The notes under the pieces were generated by a model. The model saw only the letters and a list, made by a program, of their open reading frames with translations. It did not search any database and was not told the DNA's origin. A DNA stretch of 64,000 nt from an uncultured Actinomycetes bacterium. Its GTDB lineage: Bacteria; Actinomycetota; Thermoleophilia; Gaiellales; JAICJC01. A program made the translations under genes and the position numbers. The stretch is taken from assembly GCA_963717845.1 (NCBI GenBank), contig CAVQXH010000001.1, positions 1,825,865 through 1,889,864 of the forward strand. Direction: 5' to 3'. Numbering within the stretch: position 1 is the first letter of the stretch; each line of letters opens with the position of its first letter. Shown one piece after another: positions 51,249 to 60,959 of the stretch.

Positions 51249-51396
51249 CGAGGTCTCCTGGATCGGGGAGGCGAGTATTTCACGATCGAGGCCGAGCTGG
51301 CGACGCCGGCACCGCCCGCACCTCGCGCAAGAGATCGACGCGCCGGCCGAGCGGCTCGCGACCGCAGCGGGTAAAGTCTGCGCGGAGGCGTAGACG

Positions 51397-52635
51397 GTGC
51401 GGGGGCTCACACGGAGGCGGCTGCTCGCGATGACGGGCGGCGGTGCGGCCGGAATGGCCGTCGTCGGCGCGGGCGGATACGCCGCGGCGCACCCGGGCGA
51501 CCCACGGGCCGACACGGTGCCGTTCCTCGGCCCGCACCAGGCGGGGGTGACGACGCCGCCGCAGGAGCGGCTGATGTTCGCGGCGTTCGATCTCACGATC
51601 ACGACGGCCGCCGAGCTGCGCGACCTGCTGCGCGCCTGGACGCACGCGGCGGCGCTCATGACCGCCGGCCGGCCCGTCGGGTCGCCGGCGGGCGCGCCCG
51701 ATGTCGCCCCCGCGGACACCGGCGAGGCCGTCGGCCTTCCCCCTGCGCGGCTCACGCTCACCTTCGGGCTCGGACCCGGCGTCTTCCTGCAGGGTGGGCA
51801 CGATCGGTTCGGCCTCGCGTCACGCCGCCCGCAGGCGCTCAGGCCGATCGGCCCGCTGCCCGGCGATCGGCTGGTCGCCGCGATCTCGGGCGGCGACCTG
51901 TGCGTGCAGGCGTGTGCCGACGACCCGCAGGTCGCCTTCCACGCCGTGCGCGACCTGGCCCGGATCGGGCGTGGGGCGGTCGTGATGCGCTGGGCGCAGC
52001 TCGGCTTCGGGCGGGCGGCGGCGACTTCGAAGAGCCAGGCGACACCGCGCAACCTGCAGGGCTTCAAGGACGGGACGAACAACCTCGCCGCCGCCGACGC
52101 CACCGAGATGCGCCGCTTCGTCTGGGTGGGCAGCGACGAGCCGCAGGCGTGGATGCGCGGTGGCACGTACGTCGTGACGCGCCGGATCCGCATGTTCATC
52201 GAGAAGTGGGACCGCTCGCAGCTCTCGGATCAGGAGGAGACGATCGGCCGCTCCAAGCTCTCCGGCGCGCCGCTCGGCGAGCATGCCGAGCACGACCCCG
52301 TGAACCTGGGGGCGCGCAACCCCGACGGCACGCTCGTGATCCCCGCCGACGCTCACATCCGCGAGGCCTCGCACGTCACCAACGCCGGTGTGCGCATCCT
52401 CCGGCGCGGCTACTCGTTCACCGACGGCATCGACCCGGAGACCGGCGAGCTCGACGCCGGCCTGTTCTTCGTCTGCTTCCAGCGCGACCCGCACGCCCAG
52501 TTCGCCGTGCTCCAGCGCCGGCTCGGGGCGAGCGACGCCCTGAACGAGTACATCCAGCACACGTCGAGCGCGGTCTTCGCCGTCCCGGCCGGGATCCGCC
52601 CGGGCGGGTACGTCGCAGAGGAGCTGTTCGGGTGA
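51397..52635 (+). CDS. efeB: Tat-exported Dyp-type peroxidase (EfeB-like)
   Basis: Twin-arginine signal LTRRRLLAMTGGGAAGMAVVGAG. FLGPHQAGV..QGFKDGTNN..GTYVVTRRI..DAHIR..RRGYSF..AGLFFVCFQRD. Confidence 0.9.
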   Translation: MRGLTRRRLLAMTGGGAAGMAVVGAGGYAAAHPGDPRADTVPFLGPHQAGVTTPPQERLMFAAFDLTITTAAELRDLLRAWTHAAALMTAGRPVGSPAGAPDVAPADTGEAVGLPPARLTLTFGLGPGVFLQGGHDRFGLASRRPQALRPIGPLPGDRLVAAISGGDLCVQACADDPQVAFHAVRDLARIGRGAVVMRWAQLGFGRAAATSKSQATPRNLQGFKDGTNNLAAADATEMRRFVWVGSDEPQAWMRGGTYVVTRRIRMFIEKWDRSQLSDQEETIGRSKLSGAPLGEHAEHDPVNLGARNPDGTLVIPADAHIREASHVTNAGVRILRRGYSFTDGIDPETGELDAGLFFVCFQRDPHAQFAVLQRRLGASDALNEYIQHTSSAVFAVPAGIRPGGYVAEELFG

Positions 52636-53390
52636 GCTTCGACGTCTCGGCAGACGCGTACGACCGGTTCATGGGCCGCTACTCGCTGACGCTCTCGCCG
52701 CAGCTCGCAGAGCTTGCGGGTGTCGCCGTCGGGGCGCGCGCGCTCGACGTCGGCTGCGGCTCGGGGATGCTCACGGCCGAGCTGGTCGCGCGGCTCGGCG
52801 CCGCCGCGGTTGCGGCCATCGACCCCGAGGAGCTCTTCGTCGCCGCGGTGCGGGAGCGCAACCCGGGCGTCGACGTCCGCCATGGCGCCGCCGAGGACCT
52901 GCCGTTTGCCGACGCCGAGTTCGACGCGGCACTGGCGCAGCTCGTGATCCACTTCATGGCCGATCCGGTCGCCGGCCTGCGCGAGATGGCGCGGGTGACG
53001 CGGCCGGGCGGCGTCGTGGCGGCGTCGGTGTGGGATCTCGCCGGCGGCCGGGCGCCGATCACGCCGTTCTGGCGGGCCGCGATCGAGCTCGATCCGGGCA
53101 CGCGCGACGAGTCGGCCCGGGCCGGGGCGCGGCAGGGCGACCTGCCCGCGCTCTTCGCCGCCGCGGGGCTCGCGGACGTGCGCTCAGCCGAGCACCACGC
53201 GAGCGTCGAGCACCCGACCTTCGCCGACTGGTGGGATCCGTTCGCCCTCGGGGTGGGCCCGGCGGGCGTCTATCTGGAGGGGCTCGACGGCGATCACCGC
53301 GCGGCCCTGCGCGAGCGCTGCCGTGCGCTGCTCGGCGACGGCCCGTTCACCCTTCCCACCGTGGCCTGGGCTGCGCGCGGTACGGCCTAG
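52632..53390 (+). CDS. class I SAM-dependent methyltransferase
   Basis: GTG at 52632 overlaps the peroxidase stop (GTGA). ALDVGCGSGMLTAEL (motif I)..FDAALAQLVIHFMADP..MARVTRPGGVV. Confidence 0.85.
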   Translation: MSFDVSADAYDRFMGRYSLTLSPQLAELAGVAVGARALDVGCGSGMLTAELVARLGAAAVAAIDPEELFVAAVRERNPGVDVRHGAAEDLPFADAEFDAALAQLVIHFMADPVAGLREMARVTRPGGVVAASVWDLAGGRAPITPFWRAAIELDPGTRDESARAGARQGDLPALFAAAGLADVRSAEHHASVEHPTFADWWDPFALGVGPAGVYLEGLDGDHRAALRERCRALLGDGPFTLPTVAWAARGTA

Positions 53391-54412
53391 CCGGCGACCG
53401 TCGCCCGATACGCCTCGGGGTCGGTGGCGCCCTCCGTGGCGATCAGGAGCACGCGGCTGCCCGTTCCCAGGCCGACCGCTGTGCGCAGCGCCGAGCAGGC
53501 ATCCTCGGTCGCGAGAGCGCGCAGCCCTGCCAGCGTGGCCGCGCCGCAGTCGCCGATGACGAGACCAGCGCCGGCGAGCTCGCGCATGGCTGCGTGCGCC
53601 TCGGCGTCGGAGACCGTCACCATGCCTGCGATGCCGGCGCGCAGCGACGGCCAGGCGGTCGTCGAGATCTCGGCGCAGTCGAGCCCGGCCATGCTGGTGC
53701 CGGGGTTCGCCACCGCCGTCAGCCGGCCGGCTGCGAGCGACGCGGTCAGGCAGGCGGCCGTGTCCGGCTCGACGCCGACCACCGGGATGCCCGCGTCGGC
53801 GCCGTGGCGGGCGGCCGCCGCGGCCAGCGACCCGCCGCCCACGGGCACGAGGATCAGGTCGAATTCCCCCTGCGCCGCCGTCTCTGCGAAGAGCGTGTGG
53901 TAGCCGTCGATCGCCCAGTGCGCCGGGCCGGAGTCGCCGACATCGGCGAGTGCCATCGTGCCGGGCCGCTCGCCCTCCTCCGCGGCCACCGCGACCGCCT
54001 CCTCGTAGGTGCCGGCGGTGACGACGACCTCGGCTCCCTCCGCCGCGATCGCCTCGCGCCGGGCGGGGGCCGAGCGGGCGGGCAGGAGGATGCGGCACGA
54101 AAGCCCGCGCAGCGCCGCGACATGGGCGACGGCGCGGCCGTGGTTGCCCGCGCTCGCCGTCACGAGCGTGTGCACGTCGGGCCGCTCGCGCAGGGCACGC
54201 TCGACCGCCCATGAGGCGCCGAGCACCTTGAACGCCGGGAGCCCCAGCCGGTCGGACTCGTCCTTGGCCGCCACCGCCGCGAGCCCGAGCTCTGCGGCCA
54301 CCGGGGCCAGGTCGCGCAGGGGCGTCGGCCGGTAGTCCGCGAGCGCCGTATGGAACGCGATCGCGTCGGTGCTCGGCGCGGGCACGGCCGCGACGTCGAG
54401 CGAGGGGTTCAC
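53387..54412 (-). CDS. PLP-dependent enzyme, diaminopropionate ammonia-lyase-like (fold type II)
   Basis: YRPTPLRDL..VAAKDESDRLGLPAFKVLGASWAV (Lys in FK)..SAGNHGRAVA..VPVGGGSLAA. The start is GTG 54412, with 54424 as an alternative. Confidence 0.8.
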   Translation of the reverse strand: MNPSLDVAAVPAPSTDAIAFHTALADYRPTPLRDLAPVAAELGLAAVAAKDESDRLGLPAFKVLGASWAVERALRERPDVHTLVTASAGNHGRAVAHVAALRGLSCRILLPARSAPARREAIAAEGAEVVVTAGTYEEAVAVAAEEGERPGTMALADVGDSGPAHWAIDGYHTLFAETAAQGEFDLILVPVGGGSLAAAAARHGADAGIPVVGVEPDTAACLTASLAAGRLTAVANPGTSMAGLDCAEISTTAWPSLRAGIAGMVTVSDAEAHAAMRELAGAGLVIGDCGAATLAGLRALATEDACSALRTAVGLGTGSRVLLIATEGATDPEAYRATVAG

Positions 54413-54447
54413 AAGCGCACGCACGCGCCGGATTCTGTCACCCCCGG

Positions 54448-55218
54448 TTACCGGCCGGCGATCCGGTAGAGCTCGACCCAGTCCCACACGTCGAGCTCGT
54501 GCGGACGCGCAGCGGTGTGGAGCCCGCGGTCGCGCGCGAAGCGCTTCCACGTGCGCGGAGGGATCGCGATCGCCCGGCGCACCGGCCGGGCGTCGCGTGT
54601 GAACCCCTCGCGCAGGAACGCCCGGTAGCCCGGCGCGTCGCAGGGGGCGAGCAGCGCCGGCCGGCGCGGCGCGATCGCGAGCACCGCGGCATCGACGGCC
54701 GGCCGGGGGTCGAAGCAGGCGGCCGGCAGGTGCCGCTCGGTCTGAAGCCGCCACCACGGCAGCCATCCGAGCGCGAGCAGCGTCGTCGGCCGGGTCGCGG
54801 CCCGCTTGCGGGCGAAGCCGTCCTGCACGATCAGCTCGGCCCGGCGCAGCGGCGTCGCCGGGTGGTCGAGCAGGCGGTGCAGGATCGGTGTGGTGATCGC
54901 GAACGGGATGTTCCCGAGGACGCGGTGCGGTTCGGTCACGGCGGGTGTGTGCAGGAAGTCGGCCTGAACGATGGTCAGCCGGGCGCCGGCGTGGCGGCGC
55001 CGCAGCGACGCCGCGAGCGCCGGGTCGAGCTCGACCGCCACAACGCGCGCTCCGGCCCGCAGGAGGGGCGCCGTCAGCCGTCCGAAGCCGGCCCCGATCT
55101 CGACCACCAGCTCGTCCGGGCGCACGTCGGCCGCCGCGACGATCTCGCCGGCCAGCCGTCCGCTACGCAGGAAGTGCTGCCCGCCGGCCGGCGGGAGCGG
55201 TGTGCCGCGCTCGCGCAC
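54448..55218 (-). CDS. Erm/KsgA-family rRNA adenine N6-(di)methyltransferase, Erm-like
   Basis: GGQHFLRS (GQNFL motif), VVEIGAGFGRLT (SAM motif), GNIPFAITTPIL (NIPY motif). 256 aa, directly downstream of a DHA2 efflux gene on the same strand. Confidence 0.8.
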   Translation of the reverse strand: MRERGTPLPPAGGQHFLRSGRLAGEIVAAADVRPDELVVEIGAGFGRLTAPLLRAGARVVAVELDPALAASLRRRHAGARLTIVQADFLHTPAVTEPHRVLGNIPFAITTPILHRLLDHPATPLRRAELIVQDGFARKRAATRPTTLLALGWLPWWRLQTERHLPAACFDPRPAVDAAVLAIAPRRPALLAPCDAPGYRAFLREGFTRDARPVRRAIAIPPRTWKRFARDRGLHTAARPHELDVWDWVELYRIAGR

Positions 55219-55259
55219 GGCCGCGGACCATCACCATGCAGCAACCCATGCCGGCCAGT

Positions 55260-56723
55260 CTACTCGGCCTCGGCCGCCGCCAGCTGCCCGTGCATCGCCT
55301 CCTCGCCCTGGGCGGCCGGCAGGCCGGGGCGCAGGACGGTGGCGGCGATCGCGGCGCCGGCGAGCGTGAACACGGCCCCGATCAGGAAGGCCACGTGGTA
55401 GCCGCCGTTCAGCGCCACCAGCGGGCCCTCTCCGGAGGCGCGCAGGTCGGACGTGTGCTGCGCGGCGACGCTCGCGAGCACGGCCAGGCCGAGCGCGCCG
55501 CCCATCATGAACGAGGTGTTCACGATCCCGGAGGCCAGGCCGGCCTCGCTCGGCGCGACGTCGCTCATCGCCGCCAGGAGCAGCGGGTTGAACGCCAGCC
55601 CGCCGCCGAACGCGAGCAGGATCATGCTGGGCAGGACGTCGGTCACGAAGCTGCCGCCGACCGGCGCGCGCGCGAAGAGCACGAGCCCGATGGTCGCGAG
55701 CGACATGCCGAGCGCGAGCGGCAGCCGGATGCCGAACCGCATCACGATCTTGGCCGAGAGCCCGAGCGAGAACGCGCCCATGATGAGGTTCGTCGGCAGG
55801 AAGGCGAGGCCGACCCGCAGCGGGCTGTAGCCGAGCACGATCTGCAGGTAGAGGGCGGAGAGGAAGAACCACGCGAACAGGCCCGCCGCCCACAGGATGC
55901 TGATCACGTTCGCGGTCGAGACGTTCCGCAGCCGGAAGAGGCCGAGCGGCATGAGCGGCGAGGCGACGCGCGACTCGATCACGAGGAAGAGCGCGAGCAG
56001 CGCGGCCGCGGCCCCGAGCAGCCCGAGCGTCTGCGTTGACGTCCAGCCCGCCTGGTTGCCGTTCACGATCGCGTACACCGCGAGCATCAGGGCCGCGGTC
56101 ACCGTGACGGCGCCGGCGACGTCGAGGCGCCCCGCACCGGCGGTGCCGCGCCCGGACGGCAGCAGCACGAGGCAGAACGCGAACACGGCGATCCCCACCG
56201 GGAGGTTCACGATGAAGATCCAGTGCCAGTCGAGCAGGTCGGTGAGGACGCCGCCCAGCAGCACGCCGACGGTGCCGCCGCCGGCCGCGACGAAGCCGAA
56301 CACGCCCATCGCCTTCGCCCGCTCGCCCGGCTCGGTGAACATCGTCATGATCAGCGAGAGCGACACGGCCGAGACGATCGCGCCGCCGAGGCCCTGCACG
56401 GCCCGCGCGCCGATCAGCACATGCTGCGAGTCCGCGAGGCCGCAGGCCAGGCTCGCGGCCGTGAAGAGCGCGATCCCGATCAGGAAGAGCCGGCGCTGTC
56501 CGAACAGGTCGCCCAACCGGCCGCCCAGGAGCAGGAAGCCGCCGAAGGTGAGCAGGTAGGCGTTCACGACCCACGCGAGCGACGTCTCCGAGAACCCGAG
56601 GCTCTGCCGGATCGACGGCAGCGCGACGTTCACGATGGTCGTGTCGAGGACGATCATGAGGCTCCCGCCGCAGAGCAGGATCAGCGCCAGCCAGCGCCTG
56701 CGTGCGTCGTCTACGTGTGTCAT
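55260..56723 (-). CDS. MFS transporter, DHA2 (EmrB/QacA, 14-TMS) family
   Basis: IMIVLDTTIVNVALPSI..GGRLGDLFGQRRLF, about 14 TM segments, and an aggag RBS upstream of the ATG at 56723. Confidence 0.9.
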   Translation of the reverse strand: MTHVDDARRRWLALILLCGGSLMIVLDTTIVNVALPSIRQSLGFSETSLAWVVNAYLLTFGGFLLLGGRLGDLFGQRRLFLIGIALFTAASLACGLADSQHVLIGARAVQGLGGAIVSAVSLSLIMTMFTEPGERAKAMGVFGFVAAGGGTVGVLLGGVLTDLLDWHWIFIVNLPVGIAVFAFCLVLLPSGRGTAGAGRLDVAGAVTVTAALMLAVYAIVNGNQAGWTSTQTLGLLGAAAALLALFLVIESRVASPLMPLGLFRLRNVSTANVISILWAAGLFAWFFLSALYLQIVLGYSPLRVGLAFLPTNLIMGAFSLGLSAKIVMRFGIRLPLALGMSLATIGLVLFARAPVGGSFVTDVLPSMILLAFGGGLAFNPLLLAAMSDVAPSEAGLASGIVNTSFMMGGALGLAVLASVAAQHTSDLRASGEGPLVALNGGYHVAFLIGAVFTLAGAAIAATVLRPGLPAAQGEEAMHGQLAAAEAE

Positions 56724-56836
56724 CTTGGTGAGGCTCCTTCGGATTCGAGTCAGGGGTGAAGACCCGCCTTGGCCCTGAAACTCATCGCCTCCTCACCGTA
56801 GCGCGGCGCGGGCCGGGCCGGCCGGGGAAGCGTCGC

Positions 56837-59027
56837 TCAGGCCGCGGGAGCGGGGGCCGGATCCGGGCTGTCGTCGAAGACGCCGGCGCCCTCGACGTTC
56901 AGGTGGGGCAGCACGCCGTCGAGCCACGCCGGCAGCCACCAGCTTCTCCGGCCCAGGAGCTCCATCACCGCAGGCACGAGCATGCAGCGGACGACGGTGG
57001 CGTCGAGGGCGATCGCGACGGCGAGGCCGAGCCCGAACTCCTTCACGACCGGATCGCCGTTCAGGAGGAAGCTCGAGAACACGAACACCATGACGAGCGC
57101 CGCCGAGGTGATCACGCGGCCGGTCGAGGCCAGGCCCTCGACGACGGCCTCGCCGGCGTCGGCGGTCGCGTGGTAGCGCTCCTGGATCTGGCTGACGAGG
57201 AACACCTCGTAGTCCATCGAGAGGCCGAAGAGGATCGCGAACATGAGCAGCGGCGCGAAGCTGACGATCGGGATCGCGTGCGGGAGGCCGACGAGGCCGA
57301 TGGCGTGCCCCTCCTGGAACACGAACGTCACGACGCCGTAGGCCGCGCCGACCGAGAGCAGGTTCATGATCGCGGCCTTGATCGGGATCACGACCGACCG
57401 GAACGCCACCATCAGCACGAGGAAGCTCAAGAGGACGACGATCGCGATCATCAGCGGCAGCTTCGCCCCGATCTTCTCGGCCAGGTCGATGTAGCCGGCG
57501 GTCTGGCCGCCGACATACGCCGTCAGGTTGGTCCCGGCCAGCGCTTTGGGGATCACCGTGTCGCGCAGGTTGGTGACCAGATCCTCCGTCTGCGATGCCG
57601 AGGGCGACGTCGTCGCGATCGCGCTGAAGACCGCGCCCGTGCCGCTCGGATCCACCGTCGCCGGGGCGACGGACTGCACGCCGGGCGTCTTGGAGATGGC
57701 GCTCTGGAGCGCCGCCAGGCGCGGATCGGTCGATGCGTCCCCGCCGGGCTGGCCGGGCTTCGCCGGCGTCCCGAATTGCACCGCGATCAGGAGCGGCCCG
57801 TTCGATCCGGCGCCGAAGCCCTGCGTGATCGTGTCGTAGGCCTGGCGCGACGTGGTCGATGTGGGCAGCACGCTCTGGTCGGACTGGCCCAGCCGCAGGT
57901 GGATGAGCGGGAACGCGAGCACGAGCAGGAGGACGGTGCTCCCGATCAGGTACGGCCACGGGCGGCTGCCGACGGCCCGGGCCATGCGCGCCCAGCCGTG
58001 CGGCTGCTGGTCGTCGGGGTGGGTGCGGCCGAGGTGGACGCGCAGCGAGTTGATGTGCGCGCCGAGCGCGCCGAGCAGCGCCGGCAGCAGCGTGACGGCG
58101 GCGAGCACCGAGACGGCGACGGCGATCGCGGCCGTGTATCCGAGCGTCGACACGAGCGGGATGCCGGCGACGAAGAGCGAGCACAGAGCGATCACGACGG
58201 TCACGCCCGCGAAGACGACGGCGCCACCCGAGGTGGCCGTCGCCCGCGCGATCGATTCGTCCATCGGCACGCCGTTTGCGAGCTGCAGCTTGTGCTTGGT
58301 GACGATGAAGAGGGCGTAGTCGATACCGACGCCGAGGCCGATCATCGTCGCCAGGGTGGGCGCGACGGTCGGCACCGCGGTCGCGTGGCCGACGGCGGTG
58401 ATCAGCGCGAGGCTCGTCGAGCAGGCCGAGGACGGCGGTGATGATCGGAAGCGCCATCGCGGTCGCCGTCCCGAAGGCGAAGAGCAGGATGATCACCGCG
58501 GCTGCGAGCCCGACCGCCTCGCTGCTCTCGGTGGAAGGCCGCGAGAGCTTCTGGCCGACGTAGCCGCCGACCGCCGGCTCGAGGCCGGCCTGCGCGGCCG
58601 GTGCGGCGGCGTCCAGGATCGCCTGTGCCTCGCCGGTCGTCGTGTCGCTCGAGCCGATGTTGAGCGTGACCGAGATGTACCCCGCCTTGCGGTCCTTGCT
58701 GATGAGCGCCGATGCGCCCTGGTCGAGCGGGCTCACGACACGGGTGACGTGGGGGAGCGCCTTCAGGTTCTTGACGGTGGCGTCGATCGCGCTCGTGCTG
58801 GCCTGGTCACCCAGCGTCCCGTTGCGATCGAGCAGCGTGAGCGGGATGCTGCCGTAGGCCTGCTGGGGCAGCTTCTCCTGGAGCAGGTCGGTCGCGCGCG
58901 TGGATCCGGTGCCGGGCAGCGTGAGGTTGTCGTTCCACTGCTGGCCGAGCGACGCCGCCCACAGGTGCAGTCCGACCGCGACCACGAGCCAGACGGCGAT
59001 CACCGCCCAGCGCCGGCGCACACACAT
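56837..59027 (-). pseudogene. MMPL/RND-family transporter, one +1 frame break at ~58425
   Basis: ORF 56793..59120 (RRRWAVIAVWLVVAV..periplasmic loop..LFAFGTATAMALPIITAVLGLL) joins ORF 56837..58375 (TSLALITAVGH..IGLGVGIDYALFIV..second 6-TM bundle..FGLSMDYEVFL). The start is assigned to ATG 59027 but is uncertain. Confidence 0.8.
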
Positions 59028-59142
59028 TCGCCCCACCCAGTAGAGGGCGCGAGTCAGCGATCGACCCCCATCGGTCGGCGAGCATAACAGGGGCGGATCT
59101 GGACGAGCCGTTCCGCGCAAACACTAACTCTTGACTTGACAG

Positions 59143-59655
59143 TTAGACTGCGAGTGGCTCGAGCAGCCGGTGCGGCGTGCCCAGGGCGATTGTCACCGCG
59201 TCGTCGCGGACGGCCGGGCGATCGGGGACGCGCTCCGAGATGATGTCCTCTGGGATCGGAAACACCCTGCAAAACGGGCAATTGCCGCGATCATCGAGGA
59301 CAGTGCCGCAGGTGGCGTGCCGGAAGGTGCGGCTGTTCGCAGAGCGGTGGCGGCCACCCCAGACGAGCAGCGCATACAGCACGGGCCACAGCTCGCGGCC
59401 GGCCTGCGTGAGCTCGTACAGATGCCGGCCGCCGTGGTCGGGGTCGGGCCGGCGCTCGAAGATCCCGTCCTCGACAAGGCCGGCGAGCCGGCTCGAGAGC
59501 ACCGCCTTCGGGACGTCCAGGTGGGCCTGGAAGTCGCTGAAGCGGCGCACGCCGTAGAACGCGTCGCGGAGGATCAGAAACGTCCAGCGCTCTCCGATCA
59601 CCTCGAGCGAACGGGCGATGGAGCAGTCCTGGTCGTGGTAATCCTTGCCGAGCAC
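59143..59655 (-). CDS. HxlR family transcriptional regulator with a Cys-containing C-terminal extension
   Basis: CSIARSLEVIGERWTFLILRDAFYGVRRFSDFQAHLDVPKAVLSSRLAGLVEDGIFERR is a canonical HxlR wHTH. Confidence 0.88.
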   Translation of the reverse strand: MLGKDYHDQDCSIARSLEVIGERWTFLILRDAFYGVRRFSDFQAHLDVPKAVLSSRLAGLVEDGIFERRPDPDHGGRHLYELTQAGRELWPVLYALLVWGGRHRSANSRTFRHATCGTVLDDRGNCPFCRVFPIPEDIISERVPDRPAVRDDAVTIALGTPHRLLEPLAV

Positions 59656-59677
59656 GGCGGCAGTATAGAGGATATGG

Positions 59678-59727
59678 GTTCAATCATCGAACTTCTCTGC
59701 TAGCCTCATCGAGTTCAATCACTGAAC
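59678..59727. promoter_or_regulatory. two copies of the palindromic 15-mer GTTCAATCA-NN-GAAC in the hxlR/MFS divergent intergenic region (candidate operators)
   Basis: gttcaatcatcgaac (59678-92) and gttcaatcactgaac (59713-27). Each is GTTC-N7-GAAC. They lie in an AT-enriched 91-nt spacer. Confidence 0.5.
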
Positions 59728-59746
59728 TCACATCGGAGGCCCGCGG

Positions 59747-60946
59747 ATGGCGACACATCACGCACTGATGACCAGAGCAGCCCGACGACCTGTGGCATGG
59801 CTGCCGGCGGCGGCCGTCCTGATCGGCGCCGGCTGGGGCTCGAACCAGTTCACGCCGATGCTGCTCGTCTACCACCAGCGGCTCGGCCTCGGCACGGGCA
59901 CGCTCGAAGCCCTGTTCGGCGTCTACGCGCTGGGCCTGATCCCCGGCCTCCTCATCGGCGGGCCGCTCTCGGACGCCCGCGGGCGGCGCACGGTGGTCGT
60001 CCCCGCCGCGGTGCTCTCGCTCGCCGCGACCATCGCCCTGGCGGCGGCCGGTGGCCACGTTGCGATCCTGTTCGCCGGGCGCCTTCTCGCCGGTGTCAGC
60101 AGCGGCGCGGCGTTCAGCGCAGGCACCGCCTGGCTGCGCGACCTCTCTCGCCCCGGCTCAGGTGCAGCCGACGGGCATGCCGCGGCCCGGCGGGCGGCGG
60201 TCGCGATGACCGCCGGCTTCGCGCTCGGGCCGCTCGTGGCCGGGCTGCTCGCGCAGTGGGCGCCGGACCCCGAGGTGGTGCCGTATCTGCCGCACATCGC
60301 CCTGGCGCTCGCCGTCATCGCGCTGCTGCGGGACGCTCCGGAGACCGTGGTTGCGGGGGCCGCCGGCTCTGCCCGCCCGGCCCGCCGGCGCGGGGACGGG
60401 GCGCGGTTCTGGCGCGTGGTCGCGCCGATGGCGCCCTGGGTGTTCGCCTCTCCGGCGATCGCGTTCGCGCTGCTTCCGAGCGTCGTCGGCGCGCAGCACG
60501 CGACCGACGGCCTGGCGCTGGTGGCCGCGATCACCGCGCTCACGGCGTTCGCGGGGGTGCTGATCCAGCCGCTCGGACGGCGGCTCGACCGCAGCCCGCG
60601 TGGCAACCGGGCCGCGACCGTGGGACTCGTGACCGTCGCCGCCGGCCTCGGGCTCGGCGCCTACACCGCCCACGCGCAGGAGGTGTGGCTGCTCGTGCCG
60701 TGCGCGATCGTGCTCGGGTGCGCGTACGGTCTGTGCCTGGTCGGCGGCCTGGTCGAGGTGCAGCGCATTGCCGGCCCCGACCGCCTCGCCCGCCTGACGG
60801 CGCACTACTACGCCCTCACGTACCTCGGTTTCGCGGCGCCCTACCTCTTCGCCGTCGGCGCGCAGGTCACGAGCTACGCGGCGCTGCTCTGCGCCGCCGC
60901 CGTGCTGGCGCTCGGCACGGCGGCGGTCGTCGGTCGCCAGGAGTGA
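59747..60946 (+). CDS. MFS transporter (12-TMS)
   Basis: 399-aa ORF with a ggagg RBS. GGPLSDARGRRTVV (MFS motif A-like) and about 12 hydrophobic segments. Confidence 0.85.
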   Translation: MATHHALMTRAARRPVAWLPAAAVLIGAGWGSNQFTPMLLVYHQRLGLGTGTLEALFGVYALGLIPGLLIGGPLSDARGRRTVVVPAAVLSLAATIALAAAGGHVAILFAGRLLAGVSSGAAFSAGTAWLRDLSRPGSGAADGHAAARRAAVAMTAGFALGPLVAGLLAQWAPDPEVVPYLPHIALALAVIALLRDAPETVVAGAAGSARPARRRGDGARFWRVVAPMAPWVFASPAIAFALLPSVVGAQHATDGLALVAAITALTAFAGVLIQPLGRRLDRSPRGNRAATVGLVTVAAGLGLGAYTAHAQEVWLLVPCAIVLGCAYGLCLVGGLVEVQRIAGPDRLARLTAHYYALTYLGFAAPYLFAVGAQVTSYAALLCAAAVLALGTAAVVGRQE

Positions 60947-60959
60947 TGCCGCCCCGCGT

